From: an uncultured Lachnospiraceae bacterium
Lineage (GTDB): Bacteria; Bacillota; Clostridia; Lachnospirales; Lachnospiraceae
DNA: 62,577 nt
Reading direction: 5' to 3'
NCBI GenBank assembly: GCA_902784165.1
Contig: CACZTL010000004.1
Coordinates: 1-62,577, forward strand
The notes beneath the pieces are model-generated. The model did not search any database. It had not been told where the DNA came from and worked only from the letters and a program-made list of their open reading frames with translations. Every line of letters starts with the position of its first letter. Positions within the stretch are counted from its first letter, which is position 1. Positions 39,888 to 50,285 of this stretch are shown here, piece by piece. The position numbers and the translations under genes were made by a program.

Positions 39888-40307
39888 TCATTTTTTCTCT
39901 GTTCCTGTGTTTTGCACAAACTCTATCCTGCAGCTGGGGCATTTTATCTTTATATCGCCCTTTCCCCTTGGCACACGAATCTTTTGGGAACAGTTTGGAC
40001 ATCTAAATATCTTATGGGTCTTTTTATCTTTTCTCCTCAGATAAAATCTGTGAACATATCCCCTTGCATTTCCGGTAAGCTGCATATAAGTCTGGTTTTC
40101 GGCATAACGCCTCGAAAGATTTTTTGAAAACACCCTGAACAGAGCAATAGCAATCAATATCCCTCCGAGCACGGCAAGTGCCCAAATACGGAAAAGCGCT
40201 GTAAGTATAAATACTCCCAGCGCTACAAAAAGAAGTATACGCGACAGATTATCGAACCCGTTCCTGCCGCCCATAAACCCGTGAATACCGTTATCTCTTT
40301 TCGCCAT
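39888..40307 (-). CDS. membrane protein with C-terminal zinc ribbon, function unknown
   Basis: 139 aa. Two TM segments, then CPNC...CPSC. Confidence 0.5.
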   Translation of the reverse strand: MAKRDNGIHGFMGGRNGFDNLSRILLFVALGVFILTALFRIWALAVLGGILIAIALFRVFSKNLSRRYAENQTYMQLTGNARGYVHRFYLRRKDKKTHKIFRCPNCSQKIRVPRGKGDIKIKCPSCRIEFVQNTGTEKK

Positions 40308-40316
40308 AAAAAAGCT

Positions 40317-40859
40317 TTATTCCTTTACTGCTTTGCCGAAATCCCCCAGTATTTCATTAAAATCCTCATACTCTTCTTCGGCATCATTATCCATATATAT
40401 ATGTTCGGGAACTATCTCAATATTGCTTCCCCACGCTTTACCCATCAGATACACCGTATGCTCCGAGTCCGCGTTTTCAAGATGATCTGATATCTTAGTA
40501 AAAATATTGTTCACATCCGCTGTTACCCTCTGACCCGGAGGCATAATTACGGTAAGCGAAGCTCCTTTTACATTAATACTTATATATACATCCTTTTCTA
40601 TAGAAGCACGGCTGAGATCCAACACCAGCTTAGAACTAAATACCTTCAACTCACAGCCTTCAAACGGACCGTCTTCTATCTCAACAAGCTTTCTGTCAAA
40701 AAACGCAGTATACTTTCTAATCAAATCATGCCTTGAATCATCCTCAAGCAATGCATATTCCCTTTTTTTCTTACGATACATATCCGTACCGACCTTTATA
40801 GCTACACCCGCAACAACGGCCGCAGCTCCAAATTTAATTATCTTCCCGGTAAATGACAT
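40317..40859 (-). CDS. membrane-anchored hypothetical protein (LiaF C-terminal-like pattern)
   Basis: 180 aa. N-terminal TM segment, a beta-rich segment LVLDLSRASIEKDVYISINVKGASLTVIMPPG, and an acidic tail. Confidence 0.45.
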   Translation of the reverse strand: MSFTGKIIKFGAAAVVAGVAIKVGTDMYRKKKREYALLEDDSRHDLIRKYTAFFDRKLVEIEDGPFEGCELKVFSSKLVLDLSRASIEKDVYISINVKGASLTVIMPPGQRVTADVNNIFTKISDHLENADSEHTVYLMGKAWGSNIEIVPEHIYMDNDAEEEYEDFNEILGDFGKAVKE

Positions 40860-40911
40860 CTTTCAACACTCCCTTATGATATCGGTTTATATTAAACACA
40901 GCCTGCGTTGT

Positions 40912-40940
40912 TAATTACCATTCAGCCATTAGTGTGTCAA
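40912..40940 (-). promoter_or_regulatory. promoter whose -35 lies inside a repeat copy (TTGACA-17-TGgTAATTA)
   Basis: The -35 at 40935..40940 is the terminal module of element 40931..40965. The extended -10 is at 40912..40920. It would drive gene 40317..40859. Confidence 0.5.
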
Positions 40941-40965
40941 ACAGGGACAGTCCCTTTGACACACT
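40931..40965. repeat. short derivative: terminal modules plus a single GGGACAGTCCC core
   Basis: AGTGTGTCAAACAGGGACAGTCCCTTTGACACACT, upstream of gene 40317..40859. Confidence 0.9.
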
Positions 40966-41026
40966 TATATTCCTGCTAAACAAGAATCTCCTACTTGAAA
41001 AATTATATCATAGCGAAAAGAAGTTT

Positions 41027-41695
41027 TCAATTTCGGATAACAGGAATAAACATATTAAGCATCATATCCGAAGCTTCCATATATCTGGGAACTGTACTCC
41101 AGCCGTCAGCTATCTTAAGATACATATAACGCCGCCCCGTTTCTTCATCACGTACATAGCTGTATCCGTAGCATACCACATGATGCGATCCGTAAGGCTT
41201 GTCAAATCTGAGCTGAAGATAACAAATACTTCCGCTCTCCAGACATTTTTTAAAATTCTTCTCCGTGGCTCTTCTTCTGACAAGCGTTTTTACATCGTCC
41301 AGACCGAACTCCTTAAAACAGCTTTTTAAAAACACCTTTGTAAATGTATCAAACGTACCGCCAAACATTTTCAAAAAATCGGTATTCCAGTAAATACCTT
41401 TGCGTCTCCCTGTATCGGACACCTTTAAAAATGCCTCGCGGATAAATTCATCATCCGGCTTCAGTACGGTTTTTCCTTCACTGAAGGCTCTGTTTAAAAA
41501 AGTAATTATCACATTTGTCACAGCCGTCGGTCCGCAATGCTTGACAAATCCTTTTCCGAGCGCTGCAAACTGCCCTGTCGTCAGATAAGAAGCATCCTTG
41601 CCCCAAATATCAAGATATTCATCCTGCACAAATAAAGAATCATGCTTCTTAGAAGCATGACTAACCGGATTTTCTATTACACCTTCTTTGCTCAT
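41027..41695 (-). CDS. hypothetical protein, possible papain-like (C39-like) cysteine peptidase
   Basis: 222 aa. Candidate nucleophile context KHCGPTAVTN and a downstream GSHHVVCYGY. Assignment is tentative. Confidence 0.4.
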   Translation of the reverse strand: MSKEGVIENPVSHASKKHDSLFVQDEYLDIWGKDASYLTTGQFAALGKGFVKHCGPTAVTNVIITFLNRAFSEGKTVLKPDDEFIREAFLKVSDTGRRKGIYWNTDFLKMFGGTFDTFTKVFLKSCFKEFGLDDVKTLVRRRATEKNFKKCLESGSICYLQLRFDKPYGSHHVVCYGYSYVRDEETGRRYMYLKIADGWSTVPRYMEASDMMLNMFIPVIRN

Positions 41696-41704
41696 AAAAC
41701 GCCT

Positions 41705-42919
41705 TTACAGTCTTACACATACCTCGGCAGCGGAAAGCCCCGCTTCCTTTAAAGCCTTAATGATTTCATTCTTGTGCGCTGTTCCGAATGCTTCTATCGT
41801 GATCTGCAATTCAACCGCTGCATTTCTGTTTATGCTGACAAACTGGTTGTGCTCAAGCTTAATAACGTTTCCGTTGTTTTTTGCAATGATTTCCGATACT
41901 AAAACGAGTTCGCCGGGCTTGTCAGGAAGCTGTACGGATACGGTAAATATCCTGTCACGCATAACGAGTCCCTGCTGTATGACAGAGGACATAGTTATCA
42001 CATCCATATTCCCCCCTGAAAGAACGCACACTACCTTTCTGCCGTCAAGATCTATGTGTCTTAGAGCCGCAACACTGAGCAGTCCCGAGTTTTCCGCAAT
42101 CATTTTATGATTTTCCACCATGTCCAAAAAAGCCACGATGATATCCCTGTCAGGAACGCTTATGACTTCATCAATATTTTCTCTGAGCGTACAAAAAAGC
42201 TTATCACCTATCGTCTTTACCGCTGTACCGTCCGCTATCGTGCTTACATGAGCAAGCGTCACGGGAGTTCCTGCCGATAATGATTCTTTAAGGCAGGCTG
42301 CCCCCTCCGGCTCGACGGCTATCACCCTGATCTCAGGTTTTTTAAGCTTGGCATATGTCGCTACCCCCGCCGCCAGGCCTCCTCCGCCTACCGGCACGAT
42401 CAAAACATCCGCCTCAGGCAGCTCCGAAAGAATCTCCACTCCTACAGAACCCTGACCAGTCGCCACGTCGATATCATTAAAGGGATGAACAAAAGTCATA
42501 TTTTGCTCAGCGGCAAGCTTGTGCGCATATGAGCAAGCGTCATCATAAATATCACCATGCAGAATAACCTCGGCGCCGTAAGACTTTGTGCGGTTTACTT
42601 TTATAAGAGGAGTTGTCGTAGGCATAACGACTGTAGCTTTTACACCGAATTCTTTCGCGGCATAAGCTACTCCCTGAGCATGATTACCGGCCGATGCGGT
42701 AATAAGACCTCTTTGCCTTTCCTCCTCAGACATAGTACTTATCTTATAATATGCGCCTCTTAGCTTATATGAGCCTGTATACTGCATATTTTCAGGCTTA
42801 AGATAAACTTTGGCATTATTTTGCTCTGAAAGGAATGAGCTGAATATAAGCTCGGTTTTTGCCGTCACTCCGCTTATAAGCTTTGCAGCCTCTTCAAATA
42901 TTTTGATATCTTTATTCAT
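41705..42919 (-). CDS. ilvA: threonine ammonia-lyase
   Basis: 404 aa. PLP-Lys motif YTGSYKLRGA and a single C-terminal ACT-like domain. Confidence 0.87.
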   Translation of the reverse strand: MNKDIKIFEEAAKLISGVTAKTELIFSSFLSEQNNAKVYLKPENMQYTGSYKLRGAYYKISTMSEEERQRGLITASAGNHAQGVAYAAKEFGVKATVVMPTTTPLIKVNRTKSYGAEVILHGDIYDDACSYAHKLAAEQNMTFVHPFNDIDVATGQGSVGVEILSELPEADVLIVPVGGGGLAAGVATYAKLKKPEIRVIAVEPEGAACLKESLSAGTPVTLAHVSTIADGTAVKTIGDKLFCTLRENIDEVISVPDRDIIVAFLDMVENHKMIAENSGLLSVAALRHIDLDGRKVVCVLSGGNMDVITMSSVIQQGLVMRDRIFTVSVQLPDKPGELVLVSEIIAKNNGNVIKLEHNQFVSINRNAAVELQITIEAFGTAHKNEIIKALKEAGLSAAEVCVRL

Positions 42920-42925
42920 GCAAAT

Positions 42926-44578
42926 TTACTTCCTTCTCCTGAACAACCCGAATAAGCCTCTGCGTTTCCCTGTATCATGATCATCATATTTTTCATCTTG
43001 ATACCCATCATCCCCGTAATCTTCATCCGCTTCATCGCTTGAATCGTCATTAAGATCACTGCCGTCATCTTCATCCTCCCAATCATGTGCGAGACGACGT
43101 TTTCTCATAAATGCTTCATAAGCTTTATCATTATGAACCGTCGATATTTCTTCTTCATCATCCTCATCCTCATCCTCATCATAAAGCTCATCTTCGTCGT
43201 CGGAAATATCTTCAAAAATACCTCCTATTTCTCCGACATTTTCAGACACCGGCGCCTCTCCTTCTTCAGACTCTTCTTCGGTCACGGACTCATCTGTATC
43301 CACCGACTCCTCTGCAGCTACGGCATCATCAACCTTCTCAGGCTGTTCTGTGATTTCGGGCTCTGCTTCGTATTCAGGCTCCTCTTCGTACTTGGCTTCC
43401 TCCGTAACGTCGGGCTCCGCTTCGTATTCAGGCTCTTCTGTTGCCTCCGGCTCCTCTTCGTACTTGGCTTCTTCCGAAACTTCGGGCTCTGCTTCGTATT
43501 CAGGCTCCTCTTCTTCAACCGGCTCTGTCTCTGACAAATATTCCTCTTCAGCTATATCCTCTTCAACATCCGCTCCCCCGGCAAATATATCATCGTAAGC
43601 ATCAGAAGCAAGTAAGGTCTCGTCTATCTCATCCTCTTCAAAGCCTCTCATTTCTTCATCCGAAAGCTCGACATCAAACAATGCATTTACAAACGAGCCC
43701 GAATCAAACTTTTGAAGATCCTCTATTTTCTCACCTACTCCGATATACTTTACGGGAATACCAAACTCTGCCTGTATGGCTATGATTATACCACCCTTTG
43801 CAGTACCGTCCATCTTGGTAAGGATAATACCGGTTATATCCGTAACCTCATTGAATTCCTTTAGCTGCGAAATCGCATTCTGTCCGGTAGTTGCGTCAAG
43901 AACTATCAGGTTCTCCCTGTAGCAGTCGGGATATTCTCTCTCAATAATCCTGTCTATCTTAGAGAGCTCATTCATTAGATTTTTTTTGTTGTGCAGTCGT
44001 CCGGCTGTATCTGCAATCAGCACATCCGCCCCCCTGGCTTTAGAAGCCTGGACGGCATCAAAAATAACAGCGCCCGGGTCGGCTCCCTCTTGCTGTGCAA
44101 CCACATCTACGCCTGCTCTTTTCCCCCATACCTTAAGCTGGTCTATAGCCCCGGCCCTGAAAGTATCAGCCGCGGCAAGAACTACCTTTTTACCTTTGCT
44201 CTTAAGTGAGGCAGCAAGCTTTCCCACTGAAGTAGTCTTTCCTACACCGTTAACCCCTATAATAAGGAGCGCCGACCTGGTATTCTCATAGTCATAAGCA
44301 TTTGGTCCTAAGTCTATTTTTTCTTTAATGGTATCGATAAGAAGCTGTCTGCACTCCTCAGGATCCTTTATTTTTTGTTCTTTAACTTTTGCTTTGAGCT
44401 CCTCCAGTATTTCATCGGTGGCACGGACTCCCATGTCACCCATGATCATAACCTCCTCGAGCTCGTCATAAAAATCATCATTAATAGCCTTATGACCGGA
44501 AAATATACTGTCAAAGCCCGCTACGATATTCTGACGGGTTTTAGCAAGACCTTCCTTTAATTTTTTAAATATATTCAT
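42926..44578 (-). CDS. ftsY: signal recognition particle receptor FtsY with long C-terminal acidic repeat extension
   Basis: 550 aa. The NG domain spans residues 1 to about 300 ([19 protein letters not shown]). About 250 Asp/Glu-rich residues follow, ending in [13 protein letters not shown]. Confidence 0.9.
   Translation of the reverse strand: MNIFKKLKEGLAKTRQNIVAGFDSIFSGHKAINDDFYDELEEVMIMGDMGVRATDEILEELKAKVKEQKIKDPEECRQLLIDTIKEKIDLGPNAYDYENTRSALLIIGVNGVGKTTSVGKLAASLKSKGKKVVLAAADTFRAGAIDQLKVWGKRAGVDVVAQQEGADPGAVIFDAVQASKARGADVLIADTAGRLHNKKNLMNELSKIDRIIEREYPDCYRENLIVLDATTGQNAISQLKEFNEVTDITGIILTKMDGTAKGGIIIAIQAEFGIPVKYIGVGEKIEDLQKFDSGSFVNALFDVELSDEEMRGFEEDEIDETLLASDAYDDIFAGGADVEEDIAEEEYLSETEPVEEEEPEYEAEPEVSEEAKYEEEPEATEEPEYEAEPDVTEEAKYEEEPEYEAEPEITEQPEKVDDAVAAEESVDTDESVTEEESEEGEAPVSENVGEIGGIFEDISDDEDELYDEDEDEDDEEEISTVHNDKAYEAFMRKRRLAHDWEDEDDGSDLNDDSSDEADEDYGDDGYQDEKYDDHDTGKRRGLFGLFRRRK
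43347..43510. repeat. imperfect in-frame tandem repeat (54-bp unit, about 2.5 copies) within ftsY
   Basis: TCGGGCTC[T/C]GCTTCGTATTCAGGCTC recurs at 43347, 43401 and 43483. It encodes EPEYEAEPE(V/D/I)(S/T)EE(AKYEE) units. Confidence 0.85.
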
Positions 44579-44617
44579 CTGTTTATCTCCGGTTATTACT
44601 TTACTGAAACTTCCCGC

Positions 44618-47600
44618 TTAGTGTGTTTTATCCCCTTTTTCAAGCTCAACCGATACAAGAGCGGAGATACCCTTCTCCTGCATAGTTATACCGTAGAGTC
44701 TGTCAGCTGCCGACATAGTTCCTCGCCTGTGGGTGATAACTATATACTGCGTCTTATCTGCAAGCTGATTAAGATAGCTTGCAAAACGGCCTACATTGGC
44801 ATCATCAAGAGCCGCCTCGATCTCGTCAAGCAAACAAAACGGTGAGGGCTTCAGGTTCTGTATAGCAAACAGCAGCGCTATGGCTGTCAGCGCTCTCTCT
44901 CCTCCCGAAAGCTGAAGCATATTCTGAAGCTTTTTACCGGGCGGCTGCGCAGTTATGGTTACGTCGGCATCAAGAATATCAACACTTTCATCGAGTGTAA
45001 CAGATCCGTTTCCGCCTCCGAAAAGCTTTTTAAACGTTTCGGAAAACGCTTTATTAATACTGGCAAACTCCCGTGTAAACTGCTCACGCATTCCCTTATC
45101 GAGCTCATTAATCACACTCTCCAGTGAAGCTGTAGCCTTAACTAAATCCTCATGCTGGGTCGACAAAAACTCATAACGCTGATTGGTCTCTTTGAACTCT
45201 TCTATGGCGTTTACATTTACATCGCCAAGCCGCCTTACGGAATCCTTAAGCTCCTCACAGCGCGCCTTAACTAAAGAAAGATCAGTGAGCTCTTCATCCC
45301 TTAGCTCTGCCGCGTAAGAATATGTAAGCTCATACTCGCGCCACATGTAATCAGTAATGCTTTCAATGATTCCTTCAAGCTTTTCTTTTGAAGAGTTAAG
45401 CCTGAAAAGCTCCTTATCCAAAAGACTGATAGTCTCTGCTACTGCCTCTCTCTTCGCAAAAAAGGCTTTGTTTTTCTCATTTATCCTTTCGCGCTCAGCC
45501 TCGGTTTTTTCATGCTCTTGTTTAAGCTCTTCTATCCTGCTTCCAGCAAAGTCAAATCTTTCTCTGGTGTCCTCAAGCTCCTTTTCCTTTTCCTTAAGCT
45601 CCTCTTCATCTGCCTTTCTTCTTTCCTTGATAAATCTTATCTGCGTCTCTTTATCTTTGAGTTCCTTCTCAAGTCTTTCGAGCTGTTCATCGAGATAACC
45701 GTTTTCCTGAAGCGTAGATGAATAAGATATCTTAAGCTCCTCTAAATCAGATGAAAGCTTTTGGAGTCGGGCGTCACGCTCGGAAATTTCCTCTCCGAAG
45801 CTTTCCGTTGCCTCTCGATACCTTTTTTCATCAAGGATCATCTTGTCCATATCTTCCCCCGCGCGGGTAAGTTTGCTTTCAAGCTCTGCCTGTTTTTCCT
45901 TTAATTCATCCAGCCTCTCTCCGGCTCCGCTTGAATCCTTTGCAAGTTCATCCTTTTTCTCATCTGCATTTTTAAGGTTTATGCTTGCGGTATTTCTTTC
46001 TATGCCCGCATTTACCAGCTCCTCGCTTGCGGCTTCATATCTTACCCTAAGCTCCTCCTTTATTTCCTCATGTTTTTTTATCTTTTCGGAAAAGAAGGAT
46101 ATTTCTTCATTTAGCTTTTTTATCTCTCCCTCTGCTTCGGTAATTCGCCTTCTTCTTGAAAGAAGATTACCCGCATGACGAAAAGCTCCTCCTGTTATGG
46201 ATCCTCCGGGACTCAGCTGCTCGCCTTCAAGGGTAACTATCCTGAGTGAATAATTATTATTTCTTGCAATCCTTAAAGCGTTGTCTATATTATCAATAAC
46301 AAGAGTCCGCCCTAAAAGAAAATCAGCAAGCACATTAAACTTTTCATCATTTTTTACAAGCCCGTTTGCTATATCTATAAAACCGGGTTCATGAGTAAAC
46401 TGGTCACGCCTCACAAGACCTCTGACTCTAATTGCATCAAGCGGAAGAAATGTAGCCCGACCTCCTTTCTCTCGCTTTAAGAACGCAACAAGCTCCTTTG
46501 CCTGCCTCTCGGTGTCTGTTACTATATTCTGAAGGGCACCTCCGAGAGCTGTTTCTATCGCTGTTTCGTATTTTGAATCAGTTTTGAAAATATCAGCAAC
46601 AGCGCCAAGCACACTTGATTTTTCATCTTTGCGGTTCATGATCCTTCGGATACTTTCGGAATAACCCTCATATCTTTCAGTAACCGCTCTCAGCGCTTCC
46701 AGATCAGACTGCTTTTTCACGGCAGCATTTCTTGTTTCATGAAGCTTAGCGGAAACCAATGCTTCTTTTTCAGAATTATCCCTGATAAGCCTTTCAAGCT
46801 CTTCCTTAGCCTCAAGCGCTTTTGAAACACGCTTCTCTGCACTTTCAAGACCACGTCTGGCTTCGCTTAAGATACTTTCATGCCTGCTAATTATATCCTT
46901 TTTTTTACCCTCGTCCTTTCGGATTTCATCCATCGTTTCCCTGACGGATTCGATCTGAAGCTCTAATCGGCTTATAAGAGACTTTACCTCAGACTGTCCC
47001 TGAAGAGCGGCATATATACCCTCTCTGGCTTCCTTAAGCTTGTTTTCAGAGTCAAGGGCTTCGACTTTGAGCGAATCCCTTTTATCCTCAAGAGAGTTTT
47101 GTCTTTTGTTATATTCTTCTATGGATACAGCCAGTTCCTTCTTTTTTTCAACTATTTTTTCAATCTCTCCGCGTGTTTCCGGAGCTGATTCACTAAGTCG
47201 TTCGGAATCACTCGATGCAGTCTTAATCTTTTCTTTAAGGGCTCTTATCTGTTCCGAAAGTATACCTGTCCCTGAAGAAAACTCCTGGCTTTCTTTATTT
47301 AGTCTTTCTGTCTCAAGCCTTATCTCTTCCTCGTGCCTGTTAAGTGCGTTTATCTTTTCCTCGGCTTTTTCATATTCTTCCTTTGTGCTTTCATACTCTG
47401 CATTGGCCCTCCCCAGATCACCGGAGGCTATAGATATCTTTTCTTCAAGCTCTTCAAGCTCTCCCGAAGTCTTGTCCGACTGCATAACAAAATAATTGCA
47501 GTCAAATTTTTTAAGCTCTTCCTTAAGTTCAAGATAAGCCTTAGCTTTGTCAGACTGCTCCTTTAAAGGACCTACCCGCGTTTCTATTTCCCTAAGTATA

Positions 47601-48178
47601 TCGGTAACACGTATAAGGTTATCATTTTCTATAGCCAGCTGCTTGATGGCGCGGGCTTTTCTTCTTTTGTATTTTACAATACCTGCAGCCTCATCAAAGA
47701 GCTCGCGCCGCTCATCGGCACGTCCGCTTAGTATCTTATCTATACGCCCCTGACCGATCATGGAATAGCCTTCCTTGCCGATTCCTGTATCATAAAAAAG
47801 CTCCTCTATATCACGGAGCCTGCAGGCAGTGTCATTTATACGATACTCACTCTCTCCGGAGCGGTAAACGCGCCTTGATACGGTCACCTCGTCGAATTCT
47901 ATGGGCAGCGCCCTGTCAGAGTTATCAAATGTTATAGAGACGGCAGCAAATCCAACCGGCTTACGCTCCTGTGTTCCTGCAAATATAACATCCTCCATCT
48001 TGCCGCCGCGAAGCTGCTTTGCACTCTGCTCGCCCAAAACCCATTTTACGGCATCCGACACATTACTCTTTCCCGAACCGTTCGGTCCGACAATAGCTGT
48101 TATACCTTCATGAAATTCCAGCTTTGTTCTTCCTGCAAACGACTTAAAGCCCTGCAGATCCAAGCTTTTTAAAAACAT
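44618..48178 (-). CDS. smc: chromosome segregation protein SMC
   Basis: 1186 aa. Walker A GPNGSGKSN, long coiled coils and hinge, signature LSGGE, Walker B LLDEIEAALD. Confidence 0.97.
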   Translation of the reverse strand: MFLKSLDLQGFKSFAGRTKLEFHEGITAIVGPNGSGKSNVSDAVKWVLGEQSAKQLRGGKMEDVIFAGTQERKPVGFAAVSITFDNSDRALPIEFDEVTVSRRVYRSGESEYRINDTACRLRDIEELFYDTGIGKEGYSMIGQGRIDKILSGRADERRELFDEAAGIVKYKRRKARAIKQLAIENDNLIRVTDILREIETRVGPLKEQSDKAKAYLELKEELKKFDCNYFVMQSDKTSGELEELEEKISIASGDLGRANAEYESTKEEYEKAEEKINALNRHEEEIRLETERLNKESQEFSSGTGILSEQIRALKEKIKTASSDSERLSESAPETRGEIEKIVEKKKELAVSIEEYNKRQNSLEDKRDSLKVEALDSENKLKEAREGIYAALQGQSEVKSLISRLELQIESVRETMDEIRKDEGKKKDIISRHESILSEARRGLESAEKRVSKALEAKEELERLIRDNSEKEALVSAKLHETRNAAVKKQSDLEALRAVTERYEGYSESIRRIMNRKDEKSSVLGAVADIFKTDSKYETAIETALGGALQNIVTDTERQAKELVAFLKREKGGRATFLPLDAIRVRGLVRRDQFTHEPGFIDIANGLVKNDEKFNVLADFLLGRTLVIDNIDNALRIARNNNYSLRIVTLEGEQLSPGGSITGGAFRHAGNLLSRRRRITEAEGEIKKLNEEISFFSEKIKKHEEIKEELRVRYEAASEELVNAGIERNTASINLKNADEKKDELAKDSSGAGERLDELKEKQAELESKLTRAGEDMDKMILDEKRYREATESFGEEISERDARLQKLSSDLEELKISYSSTLQENGYLDEQLERLEKELKDKETQIRFIKERRKADEEELKEKEKELEDTRERFDFAGSRIEELKQEHEKTEAERERINEKNKAFFAKREAVAETISLLDKELFRLNSSKEKLEGIIESITDYMWREYELTYSYAAELRDEELTDLSLVKARCEELKDSVRRLGDVNVNAIEEFKETNQRYEFLSTQHEDLVKATASLESVINELDKGMREQFTREFASINKAFSETFKKLFGGGNGSVTLDESVDILDADVTITAQPPGKKLQNMLQLSGGERALTAIALLFAIQNLKPSPFCLLDEIEAALDDANVGRFASYLNQLADKTQYIVITHRRGTMSAADRLYGITMQEKGISALVSVELEKGDKTH

Positions 48179-48181
48179 CAG

Positions 48182-48922
48182 TTACTTCCCCTTTGAAACC
48201 GGAAACAAACCCTTTTCCTTAAGAACAAGCAGCGCCCGATACGCGCATTCCTGCTGGGCGTCTTTTTTGGTATGTCCCGAAGCACTCACATCAAAATATC
48301 CTTCACAAACCGCCCTTACAGAAAAGATCCTGTTATGAGCCGGTCCTTTCTCATCTGTATCCTTATACTCAACCATATACCCGTAAGCCTGCATACACTC
48401 CTGAAGAGCTGTTTTCGAGTCGGAAAACAAGGTGATATGGTCTATATCTTTAAAAATATGATCATCGATAAACTTCAGTGCGCTGTCAAGACCGCCGTCA
48501 AGGAAAACAGCGCCTATAACTGCTTCGAACGCATCGGATATTATAGACGGACGCTTCCGCCCTCCCGTACATTCCTCTCCGCGCCCCAGAAGAATGAACT
48601 TCTGGAAATTGATCTTTTTGGCGCACAGATTCAGTGTTTTCTCGCAGACTATACTGGCTCTTAACTTAGACATCTCGCCTTCCCGCATATCCGGATAAGT
48701 TAAAAATATATATCTGCTCGTAGCAAGCTCTAATACCGCATCACCTAAAAACTCCAGTCTCTCATTATTAAGATCTTTTCTGTTTTTAGTATCGGTTCTT
48801 CTCTCTTCATTAGCAAAGGAGCTGTGTGAAAGAGCGCGCAAAAGAAGCTGCGGATCACTAAACTTATACCCGGACAGCTCTTGAAACTCTTCTATAGTTT
48901 TTTTAACGCTTTTTTTGGCCAT
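48182..48922 (-). CDS. rnc: ribonuclease III
   Basis: 246 aa. Signature ERLEFLGDAV and a C-terminal dsRBD. Confidence 0.95.
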   Translation of the reverse strand: MAKKSVKKTIEEFQELSGYKFSDPQLLLRALSHSSFANEERRTDTKNRKDLNNERLEFLGDAVLELATSRYIFLTYPDMREGEMSKLRASIVCEKTLNLCAKKINFQKFILLGRGEECTGGRKRPSIISDAFEAVIGAVFLDGGLDSALKFIDDHIFKDIDHITLFSDSKTALQECMQAYGYMVEYKDTDEKGPAHNRIFSVRAVCEGYFDVSASGHTKKDAQQECAYRALLVLKEKGLFPVSKGK

Positions 48923-48930
48923 AGGATTCT

Positions 48931-49158
48931 TTAAACCGCATCATTTATGACTTCCAGGGCATCTTCAACAGTTTTTATATTGGTAAGATCCTCTTCGGGC
49001 ACCTGTGTCTGTAAGATATCCTCAACCTCTGTAACTATTTCAAAAAGGTCGAGTGAATCCGCTCCGAGATCCTCGGTAAACCTTGAGTTTTCGGTAATCG
49101 TTTCCTCTTCTATATCCAGTTTTTCAGCTATTATTCTTCTTAATTCCTCAAATTCCAT
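48931..49158 (-). CDS. acpP: acyl carrier protein
   Basis: ORF trimmed to ATG 49158 behind AGGAGGA. Phosphopantetheine site LGADSLDL. Confidence 0.9.
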   Translation of the reverse strand: MEFEELRRIIAEKLDIEEETITENSRFTEDLGADSLDLFEIVTEVEDILQTQVPEEDLTNIKTVEDALEVINDAV

Positions 49159-49192
49159 ATCTGTCCTCCTTACTGATTTGTTCGGCATGCGC

Positions 49193-50221
49193 CTACTCCT
49201 CGTCCTCCGTTGCAAACAATCCTGCCATATCACCCAGTATATTTTTCCTGAGCAGACCGGCCATCTGACGTATGGCTATAACTATCTGACGTGCCTCGGA
49301 ATTACCATGAGCCTTTACCACAAGCCCCTTTGTCCCCAAAAGCACTGCACCTCCGTACGACGCTGCATTATATGTGCCCAGAACATTTTTTAAACTCTTT
49401 TTGATAAGAGCCCCTCCGAGCTTGGAAACGGCAGATGAATAGATAGCCTTTTTAATCTCGGACAGAAGAGTTTTTGCAACACCTTCATACATCTTCAGTA
49501 TTACATTACCAACAAATGCATCACAAACAATTACATCGGCATCTCCTGCGCTGATATCCCGCGCTTCTATGCTTCCCGTAAAATTGATATCACCTGCTTC
49601 CTTTAAAAGAGGAAATGTATCCTGAACCAGCTTATTGCCTTTTTCCTCTTCTTCGCCTACATTTACCAAGGCTACGGACGGCTTTCTCCTGTCAAACATC
49701 TTGGAGGCGTATACAGACCCCATTTTTGCCCACTGCAGCAGCCATGCCGGTCTTGCGTCCATATTTGCTCCTGCATCAACAAGCACTACAGGACCCTTAG
49801 GTGTCGGTATGCACGGAGCAAGACAGGCTCTCTCAACACCTCTCATACGACCGGCTATCGTCTGCCCGCCAACTAAAAGCGCTCCCGTGTTCCCGGCGGA
49901 AAGGAAAGCATCCGCCTCGCCGTCTTTAAGCAACTGTAAACCCCTCACCATAGATGAATCCTTCTTGCCGCGGATTGCTTTAACAGGGTGCTCTGCTGTT
50001 CCTATAATCTCAGAGGCGTCAGTTATCTCTATATTATCTGTTTTGATATGGGAATCATCAGACATAAGCTCGGCTATGACCTTTTTAATCTCAGACTCCT
50101 TTCCGACAAGATTAAAATAAAGTCCTCTGTCTTCTTTTAAGGCCTCAAGCGCACCCTTTACTATCTCAAAAGGTGCATTATCCCCACCCATACAATCAAT
50201 GGCTATCCTCACATCTGCCAT
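49193..50221 (-). CDS. plsX: phosphate acyltransferase PlsX
   Basis: ATG 50221 (MADVRIAIDCMGGDNAP), the typical PlsX N-terminus. Confidence 0.92.
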   Translation of the reverse strand: MADVRIAIDCMGGDNAPFEIVKGALEALKEDRGLYFNLVGKESEIKKVIAELMSDDSHIKTDNIEITDASEIIGTAEHPVKAIRGKKDSSMVRGLQLLKDGEADAFLSAGNTGALLVGGQTIAGRMRGVERACLAPCIPTPKGPVVLVDAGANMDARPAWLLQWAKMGSVYASKMFDRRKPSVALVNVGEEEEKGNKLVQDTFPLLKEAGDINFTGSIEARDISAGDADVIVCDAFVGNVILKMYEGVAKTLLSEIKKAIYSSAVSKLGGALIKKSLKNVLGTYNAASYGGAVLLGTKGLVVKAHGNSEARQIVIAIRQMAGLLRKNILGDMAGLFATEDEE

Positions 50222-50285
50222 AAAACCACCATCCCGTAAAAAATTCACCCTCTAATATACAATATACTATGATTAAAATCAAATA

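Noticed and set aside
42926-43700. The acidic C-terminal 250 codons of ftsY as a separate gene or an assembly artefact.
   Set aside because: The reading frame is continuous with the NG domain, with no internal RBS-start combination. The repeat units are in frame. I keep it as one CDS but flag it for read-level verification.
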